64,000 nt of DNA, taken from Mustelus asterias. Lineage: Eukaryota. Position 1 is the stretch's first letter, and every line of letters starts with the position of its first letter. The stretch covers positions 94,922,001 to 94,986,000 of the forward strand of contig NC_135811.1 in NCBI RefSeq assembly GCF_964213995.1, in the 5' to 3' direction. Below the pieces are notes generated by a model. That model made no database searches. It saw nothing but the letters and a program-made list of their open reading frames with translations, and was not told the DNA's origin. Of the stretch, positions 52,075 through 64,000 are shown in pieces. Position numbers and translations under genes: made by a program.

Positions 52075-55000
52075 GTCAGAATGGTTTGTTTTGTGCCGGA
52101 GTGTGGTCAGGGATGCGGGGGGGGGGGGGGGTGTGGCGGGATGGGAGGGCACTTCCTGCATATGTGCAGACGTAATGTCGGGCTACTTAAAGTGAGAGAC
52201 GCTTTTAAGTGCTTCACTGCTCTCTGTCACTGAATGGTGTGCATCCACCGTATTCATAGAATCATAGAAACCCTACAGTGCAGAAAGAGGCCATTTGGCC
52301 CATCGAGTCTGCACCGACCACAATCCCACCCAGGCCCTACCCCCATATCCCTACACATTTACCCACTAATCCCTCTAACCTACGCATCTCAGGACACTAA
52401 GGGGCAATTTCAGCATGGCCAATCAACCTAACCTGCACATCTTTGGACTGTGGGAGGAAACCGGAGCACCCAGTGGAAACCCACGCAGACACGAGGAGAA
52501 TGTGCAAACTCCACACAGACAGTGACCCAAGCCGGGAATCGAACCCAGGTCTCTGGAGCTGTGAAGCAGCAGTGCTAACCACTGTGCTACCGTGCCGCCC
52601 CAAATTGTTGGGAGGATCGATGCATGTAGCAGGTAGAGTGCATGTGTGCATTTGTTCCTGTCACCTTTGTGGCCAGTGGTAGGAGTTGTAATGTTCTCAG
52701 AAAATTTTAGACAGTGGTTCTCACCATTTTGGTTGAAGGGCTCCTTTTCAAATGGATTAGTAACGACCAACACTCCACTCCATCTAAATTAAAATATTGT
52801 ATAACACCCACAGTAGGAAAAGGCTACATGTAAAGAGTGTTTTAATGATACATTTAAGAAAACAGTTATTTACTTATAGATGTCAGTGAGACGGGCATGC
52901 CTGCTTCATACTGCGGAGTCTTTAGCAGGGGCACAGAGAGGAGAGCCTGGAGGGAGCAGGAACCCTGGGGAAGAGCAAAGGGGGAAGCAGGGGAGGAGAG
53001 GAGCAGAGTTGTCCTGATTGTGGCGACCTGGACCGTCGCCACATACAAGGCCAGTCCTGCACTGCAAATTCTGCGGCCTGCATTCAGTTTGAGAGCCATT
53101 GGTTTAAGGTGATTTGCAGTGATGGATATATACGGGCAATGACAAACTGGAAAGGCACTCTGGTACGCCACAACTGTGATCCCTTGAGAATCACAATATA
53201 GAGATTTCAGAGACCAGTACCACCACCTCCGAAAAAAAAGGCATGTTACCTTCTGAAACAGTCAAAAAACTAGATTAAAAGCCCAGGCCCATTTTGGGTA
53301 AAAATATCTGGGAACTTCTTCTGCAACCCCTTTTGATAAGTGAAACTAAATTAGGATATCACACTGGCCCTAATGATATATCTTTGTACGGTATGGAAGT
53401 GGCAGTTTAACTGCAGCCAGATTAGATTAAAAGCAACAGAGGTAAACTTGTCCGCATTTCATGGCAGCTTTAAACTCATTTTGAAGTCTGTGATGAAGTT
53501 ACGTAACTATAATCCCATGATGTTTAAAGGGTAACAAAATGTTGGACGATTGTCCAGTGCTGTCGCTTAGCAACAAGTTAGATTGAATACACTTTTTTCT
53601 ACCCATAGCCTTCTGTTTTTTTAGCAAAGCCCTTGTCCTTTAGCTTTTCCCAAAATTGCACAGAGTGCTGGATCAGGTGAGAAAAGCTGTGTGAAACTCC
53701 CTGGTTTCACAGCTGCCTTTTCCAGGCAGGTTAAACAGCACTCAGAGAGATTTCAAACTCACTGGCAAAGCTGGGATTCTGAGGGCAGGGTGCCCTGATT
53801 TCGCCCCCCCCACATCCCTGGACATCAGGACAAGCAAGGGAACACCCCCTCCCCATCACTGCCACCACTCAATGCGTAGGATAACACCCCAGCCCCCAAC
53901 CATACTATACAGCAGCATGGTGGAGCCCCCCACTCCCCACCCCCCCACCTCACCCCCCACTCACCCCCCACCCCCCCACCTCACCCCCCACCCACCCACC
54001 TCACCCCTCACCCCCATCCCCCCACCTCACCTCACCCCCCCACTTCACCTCACCTCACCCGCCACCCCCCACCTCACCTCAACCCCCCACCTCATCCCCC
54101 ACCCCCCCACCTCGCCTCACTCTCCACCCCCCCCCCCCCCACCTCGCCTCACTCTCCACCCCCCCCCCCCCCCCACCTCACCTCACCCCCCCACCTCACC
54201 TCACCCCTGGAGCTTCTGGCTCAGAGGCAGTGACGCTACCCACTGCGTACAAGACGTCCGTTTCAGATCAGTATGCACAATCCGAAATAAAGTCCTAATA
54301 TAAACTCTGGCTTTGCCTTTCCACCACTTTGAGATTAAGTGAGCCAGTAATTTGACATGGAGGCTACTCGGGTTGACTGCTTTGGAACCTGAAGATTAAT
54401 TTTATTTAAGGGAGTAAAATCAGCAATAAAAAGATGTGCTGCGATGTGCTCTTGTGACGATTCGAATGGTCTGATGAACTAATGTTGCTCTAATAGGGGA
54501 ACCTTGTGGACCAATCAATGCTCGAGGTTCAGGACAGTATTACAGACTTTAATAATATAGATTGATAAAACAACTTCTAATGTGTGTTTGAAATTGCAAA
54601 TGCTTCAATTATTGGTGGAATTGCTCAGAAAGTAATGAAAGTCATAGAAGAGTCATAGAAACCCTACAGTGCAGAAGGAGGTCATTTGGCCCAACGAGTC
54701 TGCACCGACAACAATCCCACCCAGGCCTTATCCCCGTAACCCCACATATTTACCCCGTTAATCCCTCTAATTTACACATCCCGGAGCACTAAGGGTCAAT
54801 TTAGCATGGCCAATGCACCTAACTCGCACATCTCTGGACTGTGGGAGGAAACCGGAGCACTCGGAGGAAATGGATAGAAATGGTTCGATCAATCAGACGC
54901 AGCATGGATTCATGAGGGGAAAGTCGTGCTTGACGAACATGTTGGATTTTTATGAAGATGTGACTAGGGCGGTTGATGGAGGAGAACCGGTGGATGCGGT

Positions 55001-58000
55001 GTTTTTGGATTTCCAAAAGGCGTTTGATAAGGTGCCCCATAAAAGGCTGCTGAAGAAGATTAGGGCACACGGAGTTGGGGGTAGTGTGTTAAAGTGGATT
55101 GGGGACTGGCTATCCGACAGGAAGCAAAGAGTCGGAATAAATGGGTGTTTTTCCGGTTGGAGGAAGGTAACTAGTGGCGTGCCGCAGGGATCGGTACTCG
55201 GGCCGCAACTATTTACCATTTATATAGATGATCTGGAGGAGGGGACGGAGTGTAGGGTAACGAAGTTTGCAGACGACACAAAGATAAGTGGAAAAGTGAA
55301 TCGTGTGGAGGACGGAGAAGATCTGCAGAGAGATTTGGACAGGCTGAGTGAGTGGGCGAGGATATGGCAAATGGAGTATAACGTTGATAAATGCGAGGTT
55401 ATACACTTTGGAGGAAATAATAACAAATGGGATTACTATCTCAATGGAAACAAATTAAAACATGCTACCGTGCAAAGGGACCTGGGGGTCCTTGTGCATG
55501 AGACGCAAAAGCCCAGTCTGCAGGTACAACAGGTGATCAAGAAGGCAAATGGGATGTTGGCCTATATCGCGAGGGGGAGAGAATATAAAAGCAGGGATGT
55601 CTTGATGCACCTGTACAGGGCATTGGTGAGGCCGCAGCTGGAATACTGTGTGCAGTATTGGTCCCCTTATATGAGGAAGGATATATTGGCATTGGAGGGA
55701 GTGCAGAGAAGATTCACCAGGTTGATACCGGAGATGAGGGGTTTGGATTATGAGGAGAGGCTGAGGAGATTGGGTTTGTACTTGTTGGAGTTTAGAAGGA
55801 TGAGGGGGGATCTTATGGAGACTTATAAGATAATGCGGGGGCTGGATAGGGTGGAGGCGGAGAGATTCTTTCCACTTAGTAAGGAAGTTAAAACTAGAGG
55901 ACACAGCCTCAAAATAAAGGGGGGTCGGTTTAAGACAGAGTTGAGGAGGAACTTCTTCTCCCAGAGGGTGGTGAATCTCTGGAATTCTCTGCCCACTGAG
56001 GTGGTGGAGGCTACCTCGCTGAATATGTTTAAAACGCGGATGGATGGATTCCTGATCGGTAAGGGAATTAAGGGTTATGGGGATCAGGCGGGTAAGTGGT
56101 ACTGATCCACGTCAGATCAGCCATGATCTTATTGAATGGCGGGGCAGGCTCGAGGGGCTAGATGGCCTACTCCTGCTCCTATTTCTTATGTTCTTATAAA
56201 ATCCACGCAGACATGGGGAGAACGTGCAAACTCCACACAGGCAGTGACCCGAGCCGGGAATCGAACCCCGGTCCTTGGAGCTGTGAAGCAGCGGTGCTAA
56301 CCACTGTGCCACCGCGCCGCCCCACTTTTTTGCACCCGTAACTTGTTTTTTTTGTATAAAATTTTTTGAAGACTTCATATGATTTATTTCTTAAAGCCAG
56401 ATGACCGGGGGTTCATAAATGACATCCCTGTGTTACGAGTGACACGACGTGGGCCGGAGGCTATTCACTTTGTGCAGTCATCCTTGGAACCTTTGTCTAA
56501 TGTTCAGCTGAAGATTGATTGGGAAAGACGATTTGACCACATGCAGCAGCATTCAGGTACTCAATTAGCCCTTTCATTCCAACTCTTAAGGTGTGTTCAG
56601 TTTTATTTTGTTGCTTTAAAGCAGCAGGAGCATCCACCCGTCTGCCGGCTACAAAGGTCCCCTTTTTACCAAAGGGAAATTCAGTTTTGCACTAATTTGT
56701 AAGCACCAAGTACTGATTATTTAACAGAACTCAGGCTGCTGTTGACTTTTGATCAGCTTTAAACTTATATCTCAACAGGACTTGTAGTTGCATTGTTCGA
56801 TTAAATTAAAAATGCAGTTTCCTTGGAGAACCACTTAAATTTGTAATTTTAGACATAGCGCAAATATAAGGTGAGAGGGGGAAAGTTCAAAGGAGATGTG
56901 AGGGGTAAGATTTTTACACAGAGTGGTAGGTGTCTGGAACACGCTGCCAGGACATTTAACGGGTTTTTCGATAAGCGCATGAATATGTAAGGAATAGAGG
57001 GAGCTAGACGGCATGGGCGGCATGATGGCACAGTGGTTAGCACTGCTGCCTCATAGCGCCAGGGACCCAGGTTCGATTCCCGGCTTGGGTGACTGTGTGG
57101 CGTTTGCACGTTCTCTCCATGTCTGTGTGGGTTTCCTCCGGGTGCTCCAAATTTCCCCTCACACTCCAAAGTTAGAACATAGAACAGTACAGCACAGAAC
57201 AGGCCCTTCGGCCCACGATGTTGTGCCGAGCTTTATCTGAAACCAAGATCAAGCTATCCCACTCCCTATCATCCTGGTGTGCTCCATGTGCCTATCCAAT
57301 AACCGCTTAAATGTTCCTAAAGTGTCTGACTCCACTATCACTGCAGGCAGTCCATTCCACACCCCAACCACTCTGCGTAAAGAACATACCTCTGATATCC
57401 TTCCTATATCTCCCACCACGAACCCTATAGTCATGCCCCCTTGTAATAGCTCCATCCACCTGAGGAAATAGTCTCTGAATGTTCACTCTATCTATCCCCT
57501 TCATCATTTTATAAACCTCTATTAAGTCTCCCCTCAGCCTCCTCCGCTCCAGAGAGAACAGCCCTAGCTCCCTCAACCTTTCCTCATAAGACCTACCCTC
57601 CAAACCAGGCAGCATCCTGGTAAATCTCCTCTGCACTCTTTCCAGCGCTTCCACATCCTTCTTATAGTGAGGTGACCAGAACGGCACACAATATTCCAAA
57701 TGTGGTCTCACCAAGGTCCTGTACAGTTGCAGCATAACCCCACGGCTCTTAAACTCCAACCCCCTGTTAATAAAAGCTAACACACTATAGGCCTTCTTCA
57801 CAGCTCTATCCACTTGAGTGGCAACCTTTAGAGATCTGTGGATATGGACCCCAAGATCTCTCTGTTCCTCCACAGTCTTCAGAACCCTACCTTTGACCCT
57901 GTAATCCACATTTAAATTAGTCCTACCAAAATGAATCACCTCACATTTATCAGGGTTAAACTCCATTTGCCATTTTTCAGCCCAGCTTTGCATCCTATCT

Positions 58001-61000
58001 ATGTCTCTTTGCAGCCTACAACAGCCCTCCACCTCATCCACTACTCCACCAATCTTGGTGTCATCAGCAAATTTACTGATCCACCTTTCAGCCCCCTCCT
58101 CCAAGTCATTAATAACAATCACAAAGAGCAGAGGACCAAGCACTGATCCCTGTGGCACTCCACTAGCAACCTGCCTCCAGTCCGAACATTTTCCATCCAC
58201 CACCACCCTCTGTCTTCGATCAGACAGCCAGTTACCTATCCAATCGGCCAACTTTCCCTCTATCCCACACCTCCTCACTTTCATCATAAGCCGACCATGG
58301 GGGACCTTATCAAACGCCTTACTAAAATCCATGTATATGACATCAACTGCCCTACTTTCATCAACACACTTAGTTACCTCCTCAAAACATTCAATCAAAT
58401 TTGTGAGGCTGTGCGAGTTAGGTTGATTGGCCATGCTAAATTTCCCCTTAGTGTCGGGCGGACTAGCTGGGGTAAATACGTCGGGTTGTGGGGATAGGGT
58501 CTGGGTGGGATTGTGGTCGGTGCAGACTCGATGGACTGAAAGGCCTCCTCCTGCACTGTAGGGATTCTATGATAGGCCAAGGGCAGGCAGAAGGGATTAG
58601 TTTAATTTGGTGTCACGTTTGACGCAAAATCGTGGGCTGAAGGGCCTGTTCCTGTGCTGTACTGTTCTATGTCCCATGAATGCTTTCTGTGCTTATACTC
58701 CTCTGCTAGTTGTACTTCGCTGCCTAAAACACAGAAATGTAGAAAATGTTTAGCTCAAATGACATACATTACATGTTTGACCTGCGTTAGGTTTGTTGGA
58801 TAGAAAAAAAAACCTGCAGGACCCTGAAAATTTGCAGCTGTTCAGGCTGACTCCTGTAATAACATCAGCAGGAATCTGATGGAATGACTCTAGCTGTCTT
58901 GGATGTGGACTAGTGTGGACGTTTCTGGACTGGCCTGTCAGGGATCCCATATTACACCATCAGCATCCCTCGTCAGGATTCACTGATGGTTCTGAGGCCT
59001 AACATGGATGCAGGCAGAGATCATGGCTGCGGCCCCCGTATTGGCCAGCCAGCCTATTTCCTTTGATCTGAAGTGACCTCTAGTTTTCTGAGGGAATTGA
59101 AATCCTAGATCCTACCCCAACCCTACGAACGTATAAGAACATACCCTATGAACATAAAAGATACAAAAGTCTGAGGTCACGTACCAACCGACTCAAGAAC
59201 AGCTTCTGCCCTGCTGCCATCTTTCTCTACACTCTAGCTATGACTGTAACACTGCATTCTGCACCTTATCCTCACAGTGGTGAGCACTGTTGCCTCACAG
59301 CGCCAGGGACCTGGGTTCGATTCCCGTCTTGGGTCACTGTCAGTGCAGAGTTTGCATGTTCTCCCCGTGTCTGCGTGGGTTTCCCCTGGGTGCTCCGGTT
59401 TCCTATCACACTCCAAAGATGTGCGGGTTAGGTGGATTGGCGATGCTAAATTGCCCCTTAGTGTCACGGGGACTAGCTAAGGTAAGTGCATGGGGTTATG
59501 GGGATAGGGCCTGGGTGGGATTGTGGTCAGTGCAGACTCGATGGGCCGAATGGCCTCCTTCTGCACTGTAGGGATTCTATGATTCTCTATGAATGGTATG
59601 CTTTGCTATATAACGTGCACTTTTCACTGTATACATGTGACAATAATAAATCAAAACATCAACCAAGTCTGAGTGAGTGTTTGGGGCAGACACATTTCAA
59701 CAAATACATCGTGAGGCCTTTGTTCTGCTGAGCCTGTTCATTTTATGCTCTGATGTCAAATTTTGGCCTGATTGCTTTCTAATTATTGAACAAGCCTTTC
59801 AGTTTCTGAAAAAATATTTTTTTCAATTTCATTTTCACTTTTGCCTTAAATTATGATTGTCACTTTTATTTAAGAATAAGCGTGTGTCTTTTTATTGCAT
59901 TTTGTTTCAGGGCAACATTTAATTACAGCCATGGCAGATTTGATGTTTGGTTTCAAAACAACCTCGTGGTAAGTATTGAATTCTAAAGAAGAGTTTAAAT
60001 TATGTGCAGAACCATTTCCTGATTATACCTCTATTTTTCCCCCCAGTTTGTATAATTGAATGATCATTTATGGGCATTGTGAGGGAAGCCCATTCGGTCC
60101 ATCAAGCCTATTCAGTCCAGAGCTGGTGACTGATTCTATCATGGACTTCCTTCCCATGCCCATTAAATGCAACAAATCCCTTCTCCAACAATGGTTTCAT
60201 GGTCATCGTTGCTTTTATTGGATTCAAATTCCACCTCTGCCATGGTGGGATTCGAACCCAGGTCTGAGTATTTATTACCTTGGGACACTGGCTTACTAGT
60301 CCAGTAACTATGCCACCACCGCTTCATCCGACTGCTCTGGGTAAAATCCAGCTGTGCTCCTAACTTTTTTCTAACCTTAATTCCTTTTCTCTTCAGATGT
60401 TGATTCCGCTCCCTTATCAAAGGTGTCAAGATAATTCTCAGTCGACTTCCTGCTCTAAAATGCCCTGCTCCTCTGGAAATGCTCAGCAGGTCAGGCAGCC
60501 TCTTTGGGGGAGAGAGTTAACATTTCAAGCTAAATGTGACATCTGCAGTCTTTTACTTCAATTCTTCTTTTACAAGTTTGACTCCAATGTCCATTATTCA
60601 GAGAGCTGGTAGTTTTTTTTCTCTTATTCTCCAATCTTGGCTCTGGTTAACGCTCGGTGTCCAAGTAAAATAGCTTGTTTACTTCAACTTTATTAATTAA
60701 TGCCTTTCATTATTTATAGACCTGAATCATGACTCACCTCAGTCTGTTCTCCTGAGGGAAAATAACTTTGATCATTGGAGCTTTTTTTTTTAACTACTTA
60801 ATATCTTATGGACCAGTACTGCCCTCGTCAGCATTCTCTGAACCTGTATTTTTAAAGTGTTATTTACTTATCTTGCTGAAACTGTGACTAATGTTGTAAC
60901 TTATGGGATAGCAATAAATTAAAAATCAGTTTTCCAGTGGTCCCAGCCACCTGCAGTGCAGCAAAGGTAGCGGCAACGAGAGCCCAATTTTAAGGGGATA

Positions 61001-62378
61001 GAGGTGCAAGTGTTTAGAAACCAAGGCCGGAATTCTCCAACCTCGCCCACGGCTGGGATTCTCCGGACCCGCTGCAGTGAATGGAGTTTTGGCTGAGCGC
61101 CAAATTATCCGCTCTCGCTGTCAGCAGCGGCAGAGAAATGAGATCAGAGAATCCTGGCCCAGGCCTTTATTGGTGGTTCTGATGAAAGGTCATATAGACC
61201 TGAAATGTTAACTTCTCCGCAGATGCTGCCAGACCAGCTGAGTATTTCCAGCACTTTCTGCTCTTATTTCTTTATTTCTGGGATGCGGGCTCACACCCAA
61301 CTCAGTCTGATGGAATAAAATGTTACCTCTTTGTTGGGGTGCTGTTTGAGATAAGATGGGAGGGATCACCCCAGTAAAATACAAACCTGTAAGTGTTCAA
61401 TATTGATACCAGGGAAAATTGTTACACTTCCCCAACGCTGATATTCTTCAGCCCGATGAGCACAAATTCATTTAATTTTTTAAAGATAAACCTTTTAGAA
61501 ACTAGCCAGCACATGGTTCAGAGCGCTAGGAGTAAGGTATTTTCCCTTTTGAAGAATAATGCTTTCATAGCTACAGCTTTCCAGAATATATACTGATTTA
61601 AGGAAGATTTATTTCTAACAAGTTGCTAAGTACTGCACATATGAAAAGTGCTGTACAAGCTTGCCCTGCAATTGTGATGGCTGGAGCAACATAGAATCAT
61701 AGAATCCTACTGTGCAGAAAGAGGCCATTTGGCCCTTTGAGTCTGCACCGACCACAATCCCACCTAGGTTCTATCCCCCTAACCCCATGCATTTACCCTA
61801 GCTAGTGTCCCTGATACTAAGGGGCAGTTTAGCATGGCCAATCCACCTAACCCACACATCTTTAGATATAGCTTGGATATTTCTCAATCCTCACAGTCTT
61901 ATATTCTGGAGACACAAAATCCAGGGCCAATAAGGTAAACTAAAACTCTGGAAAATTTCCCTCTTGAGACAATCAAAAGTAGGTCAGGAGATTACATGAA
62001 AGATGCATTTATTATCCGTTAATTGGCGTTTCTCTACTATATAATGTAATTGTGGCCCAGTCTGCAAATTGTCCTTGCACCCCGTAATGTACAACCAGTA
62101 AAGAAAAGAAAATATTCCAGTAGCTTTGGGGAACACAACAAAATGTAATTGATTTTCCAGTTTTGGAAGTTATGTTAGAACATATCTAGCAATTTGGGAC
62201 GTGTAATGTTTGTTTTTGCAGGGAGCTGGGCCGGCAGCGTAGTTTCATTGAACTGGATACGCCTTCTGTGACTGGTGAGCAGGTTGAAGCTCTGGAATTA
62301 GCAGTAAATGAGAAAATCAGGGAGCACATACCTGTCAATGTGCGAGTTGTATCTGTGGATGACCCAGAGGTAGAAAAG
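51946..62378 (+). CDS. AARSD1: Alanyl-tRNA editing protein Aarsd1 (AlaX-like), partial: join(51946..52074,56397..56556,59911..59968,62222..62378)
   Basis: LEDTLLFPEGGGQPDDRG, DWERRFDHMQQHSGQHLITA (Zn-binding HxxxH) and KTTSWELGR motifs; GT-AG introns with consistent phases; 5' exon not found and 3' exons lie beyond the window. Confidence 0.95.
52254..52600 (-). mobile_element. V-SINE
   Basis: Near-identical to 4522-4862. Confidence 0.85.
52712..53200. mobile_element. Possible non-autonomous hAT-type element
   Basis: CAGTGGTTCTCA left end, TGAGAATCAC right end. Confidence 0.45.
53925..54207. repeat. C-rich low-complexity repeat (CCCCCCACCTCA)n
   Basis: Imperfect tandem repeat. Confidence 0.9.
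54640..56322 (-). mobile_element. V-SINE split by CR1 insertion
   Basis: SINE breaks at CGGAGGAAA (54869) and resumes at AAATCCACGCAGAC (about 56199). Confidence 0.85.
54870..56197 (+). mobile_element. Young 5'-truncated CR1 with uninterrupted RT/C-terminal ORF
   Basis: [44 protein letters not shown]; no stops over more than 400 codons. Confidence 0.95.
56397..56556 (+). CDS. AARSD1: AARSD1 exon 3 (PDDRGFINDIPVLRVTRRG...DWERRFDHMQQHS)
   Basis: ttaaAG acceptor, G|GTACTC donor, conserved AlaX motifs. Confidence 0.94.
57015..58572 (+). mobile_element. V-SINE split by CR1, itself inside an older CR1 tail (56855-57014, 58573-58672)
   Basis: Head 57015-57170, tail 58408-58572; outer CR1 3' UTR continues across the insertion. 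Confidence 0.8.
57172..58406 (-). mobile_element. Young 5'-truncated CR1
   Basis: YMDFSKAFDKVPH, KFADDTK, long open frame, (TGTTCTA) tail. Confidence 0.94.
59270..59590 (+). mobile_element. V-SINE inside a Rex1/Babar tail
   Basis: Rex1 3' sequence on both flanks (59155-59270, 59590-59655). Confidence 0.8.
59911..59968 (+). CDS. AARSD1: AARSD1 exon 4 (GQHLITAMADLMFGFKTTSW)
   Basis: tttcAG acceptor, GTAAGT donor, phase 1 to 2. Confidence 0.94.
61175..61213 (+). ncRNA. Minimal hammerhead ribozyme motif at the head of a Penelope-derived fragment
   Basis: GGTT-CTGATGA-A-AGGTC(ATATA)GACCT-GAAA-TGTT-AACT; stem I GGTT/AACT, perfect 5-bp stem II. Confidence 0.6.
62222..62378 (+). CDS. AARSD1: AARSD1 exon 5 (ELGRQRSFIELDTP...VSVDDPEVEK)
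   Basis: tttgcAG acceptor, GTAAAT donor, phase 2 to 0. Confidence 0.94.
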
Positions 62379-62877
62379 GTAAATGGAAAGGGACATTTAG
62401 TTTTAGAGCATTGATAACCTTGCTCGCTTCTCCCACACCCTTCCAGCTTCATTCCTGCTGTCCCGAGTCTGCAGATTAATAACTGGGTTTTGGGACAATG
62501 GATGCCAGTATCCAGCCTAGGTGGCATCCTTCATAAGCGATGTGAGTCTAGACACTCGGTATCGGCAGGCTATTGTGTAAAAGAGCACCACTTGGCTCAA
62601 TCCTGTCCTCATTTGGACTTTCAACACTAGTTGGTAATTGGGAAAAGAAACCCTGGTTGACTTTTCTCTTTGCCTTGCCCAATGCATTGCCGACATTGGC
62701 TCAATTCTGAATTGTGATCTCTTCGTAGGCTGAAAATTGAACCTGTGTGTGTCTGATTTGTATGACTTAGTACTACACCAGAGGAGCGTCAGTTGAGTAA
62801 CAATTAAGGAAAATTATTTGCGATGATCCTTTGTGTTACATAAATATCCATGGTGTATGAGACACTAACTAAAACTA

Positions 62878-63200
62878 GGGCGGCACAGTGTCAGTGTTTA
62901 GCACTACTGCCTCACAGCACCGGGGACTCGAGTTCAATTCTGACCTTGGGTCACTGTCTGTGTGGAGTTTGCATGTTCTCCCTGTGCCTGCGTGGGTTTC
63001 CTCCGGGTGCTCCGGTTTCCTCCCACAGTCCAAAGATGTATGGGTTAGGTGCATTGGCCATTCTAAATTGACCCTCATGTTAGAGGAATTAATTAACAGG
63101 GTAAATATGTGGGGTGACATGAATAGAGCCTGGGGGGGTTGATGCTCACTCAGTGGGCCAAATGGCCTCCTTCTGCACTATAAGGATTCTATGATTCTAG
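62878..63200 (+). mobile_element. V-SINE
   Basis: Similarity to other copies. Confidence 0.82.
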
Positions 63201-64000
63201 ACTGACTTGAAACTGTTTAAATGAATGATGAGTATGGATGGCCAATGAATGATTTAGGTCATTATTTGCCAGGGCACACCCATGTTAAATAGCTTTTATC
63301 ATTAAAATGCAGTTAAATGCACAAACTCAATCCAACATCCTATTTAGAATTTGGAAGGCAATGTAAGTCCACGACACTTTTTTGGAATTTGCGTGGTTTT
63401 ACTGAAAAGAAAGTTGATAATTGCGAAGTACAATGGCAGAAAAAAGTTTTAGTCAAATGAATCTGGATAAATGATTAGGTTAAAGTGAATGACAGGGTTG
63501 TAATGCAGGCTCAGGTAACATCTTAGACTTAGGGGGCCAAGTCCAAGGAGCGTTAGATCATATTACAGCTCTCAACTCACTACAGTTTGACTGTCCCCTG
63601 AAGCTTAGTTTGCTTTTTTTACACAAGCATGCGATGATGGGCAGCAGAGTGTGTTAGTATCTGTGGATTCCTTGCTGCGATGTTGCTAATCCCGATATCT
63701 AATGACAGACTTGGGAGTGTGGCACCAGTTCTCATGTTGTTCCGTTGAGATAGAATGTGTCTGGGAGGGCCAGTAATAACTTAACATTTTGCTGCTGTGA
63801 GACTGAGAATTTATAAGATGGTGTACTATGTACTTTATCACTGCCAATACTCATTCATTTGCAGCCTTAATTTTGCTGCACTTGCTGCTTCTCAAGCAGA
63901 ATCATTGCTGAAAATGTTTGGCGATTCCTACAGATATTTAAGTTTTCATCCTACTCTAGTGTTATTGCAATACTCAGACTCCGCTATGCAGAACTCGATC

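Noticed and set aside
53872-54303. 143-aa Pro/His-rich ORF
   Set aside because: Translation of a low-complexity CCCCACCTCA repeat in an intron
54813-56105. 430-aa RT ORF as a host gene or autonomous element
   Set aside because: 5'-truncated CR1 with no endonuclease or ORF1; the start codon comes from antisense SINE sequence

Overview
Repeat-rich vertebrate genomic DNA, most likely an elasmobranch (shark) judging by HE1/V-SINE-type SINEs, a SacSINE1-like DeuSINE and abundant CR1 LINEs. Two + strand genes can be assembled exon by exon. The first is a complete p23-like co-chaperone gene, PTGES3L (7 coding exons, 1522-29098, 157 aa). The second is exons 2-5 of the AlaX-type tRNA-editing gene AARSD1 (51946-62378), which continues past the window; its exon 1 was not found and may lie in the 200-N gap. 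PTGES3L exon 6 and AARSD1 exon 2 are both phase 0, so the PTGES3L-AARSD1 read-through fusion known from mammals is structurally possible here. The PTGES3L start is also preceded by a perfect MEF2 site. Introns and intergenic DNA hold nested CR1, Rex1/Babar, Tx1, Penelope, SINE, solo-LTR, hAT and Harbinger-type elements. Penelope-derived pieces carry minimal hammerhead ribozyme motifs, several on the transcribed strand, and three of them have 13-bp target-site duplications. All calls were made by eye, without tools; repeat family names and boundaries are approximate.
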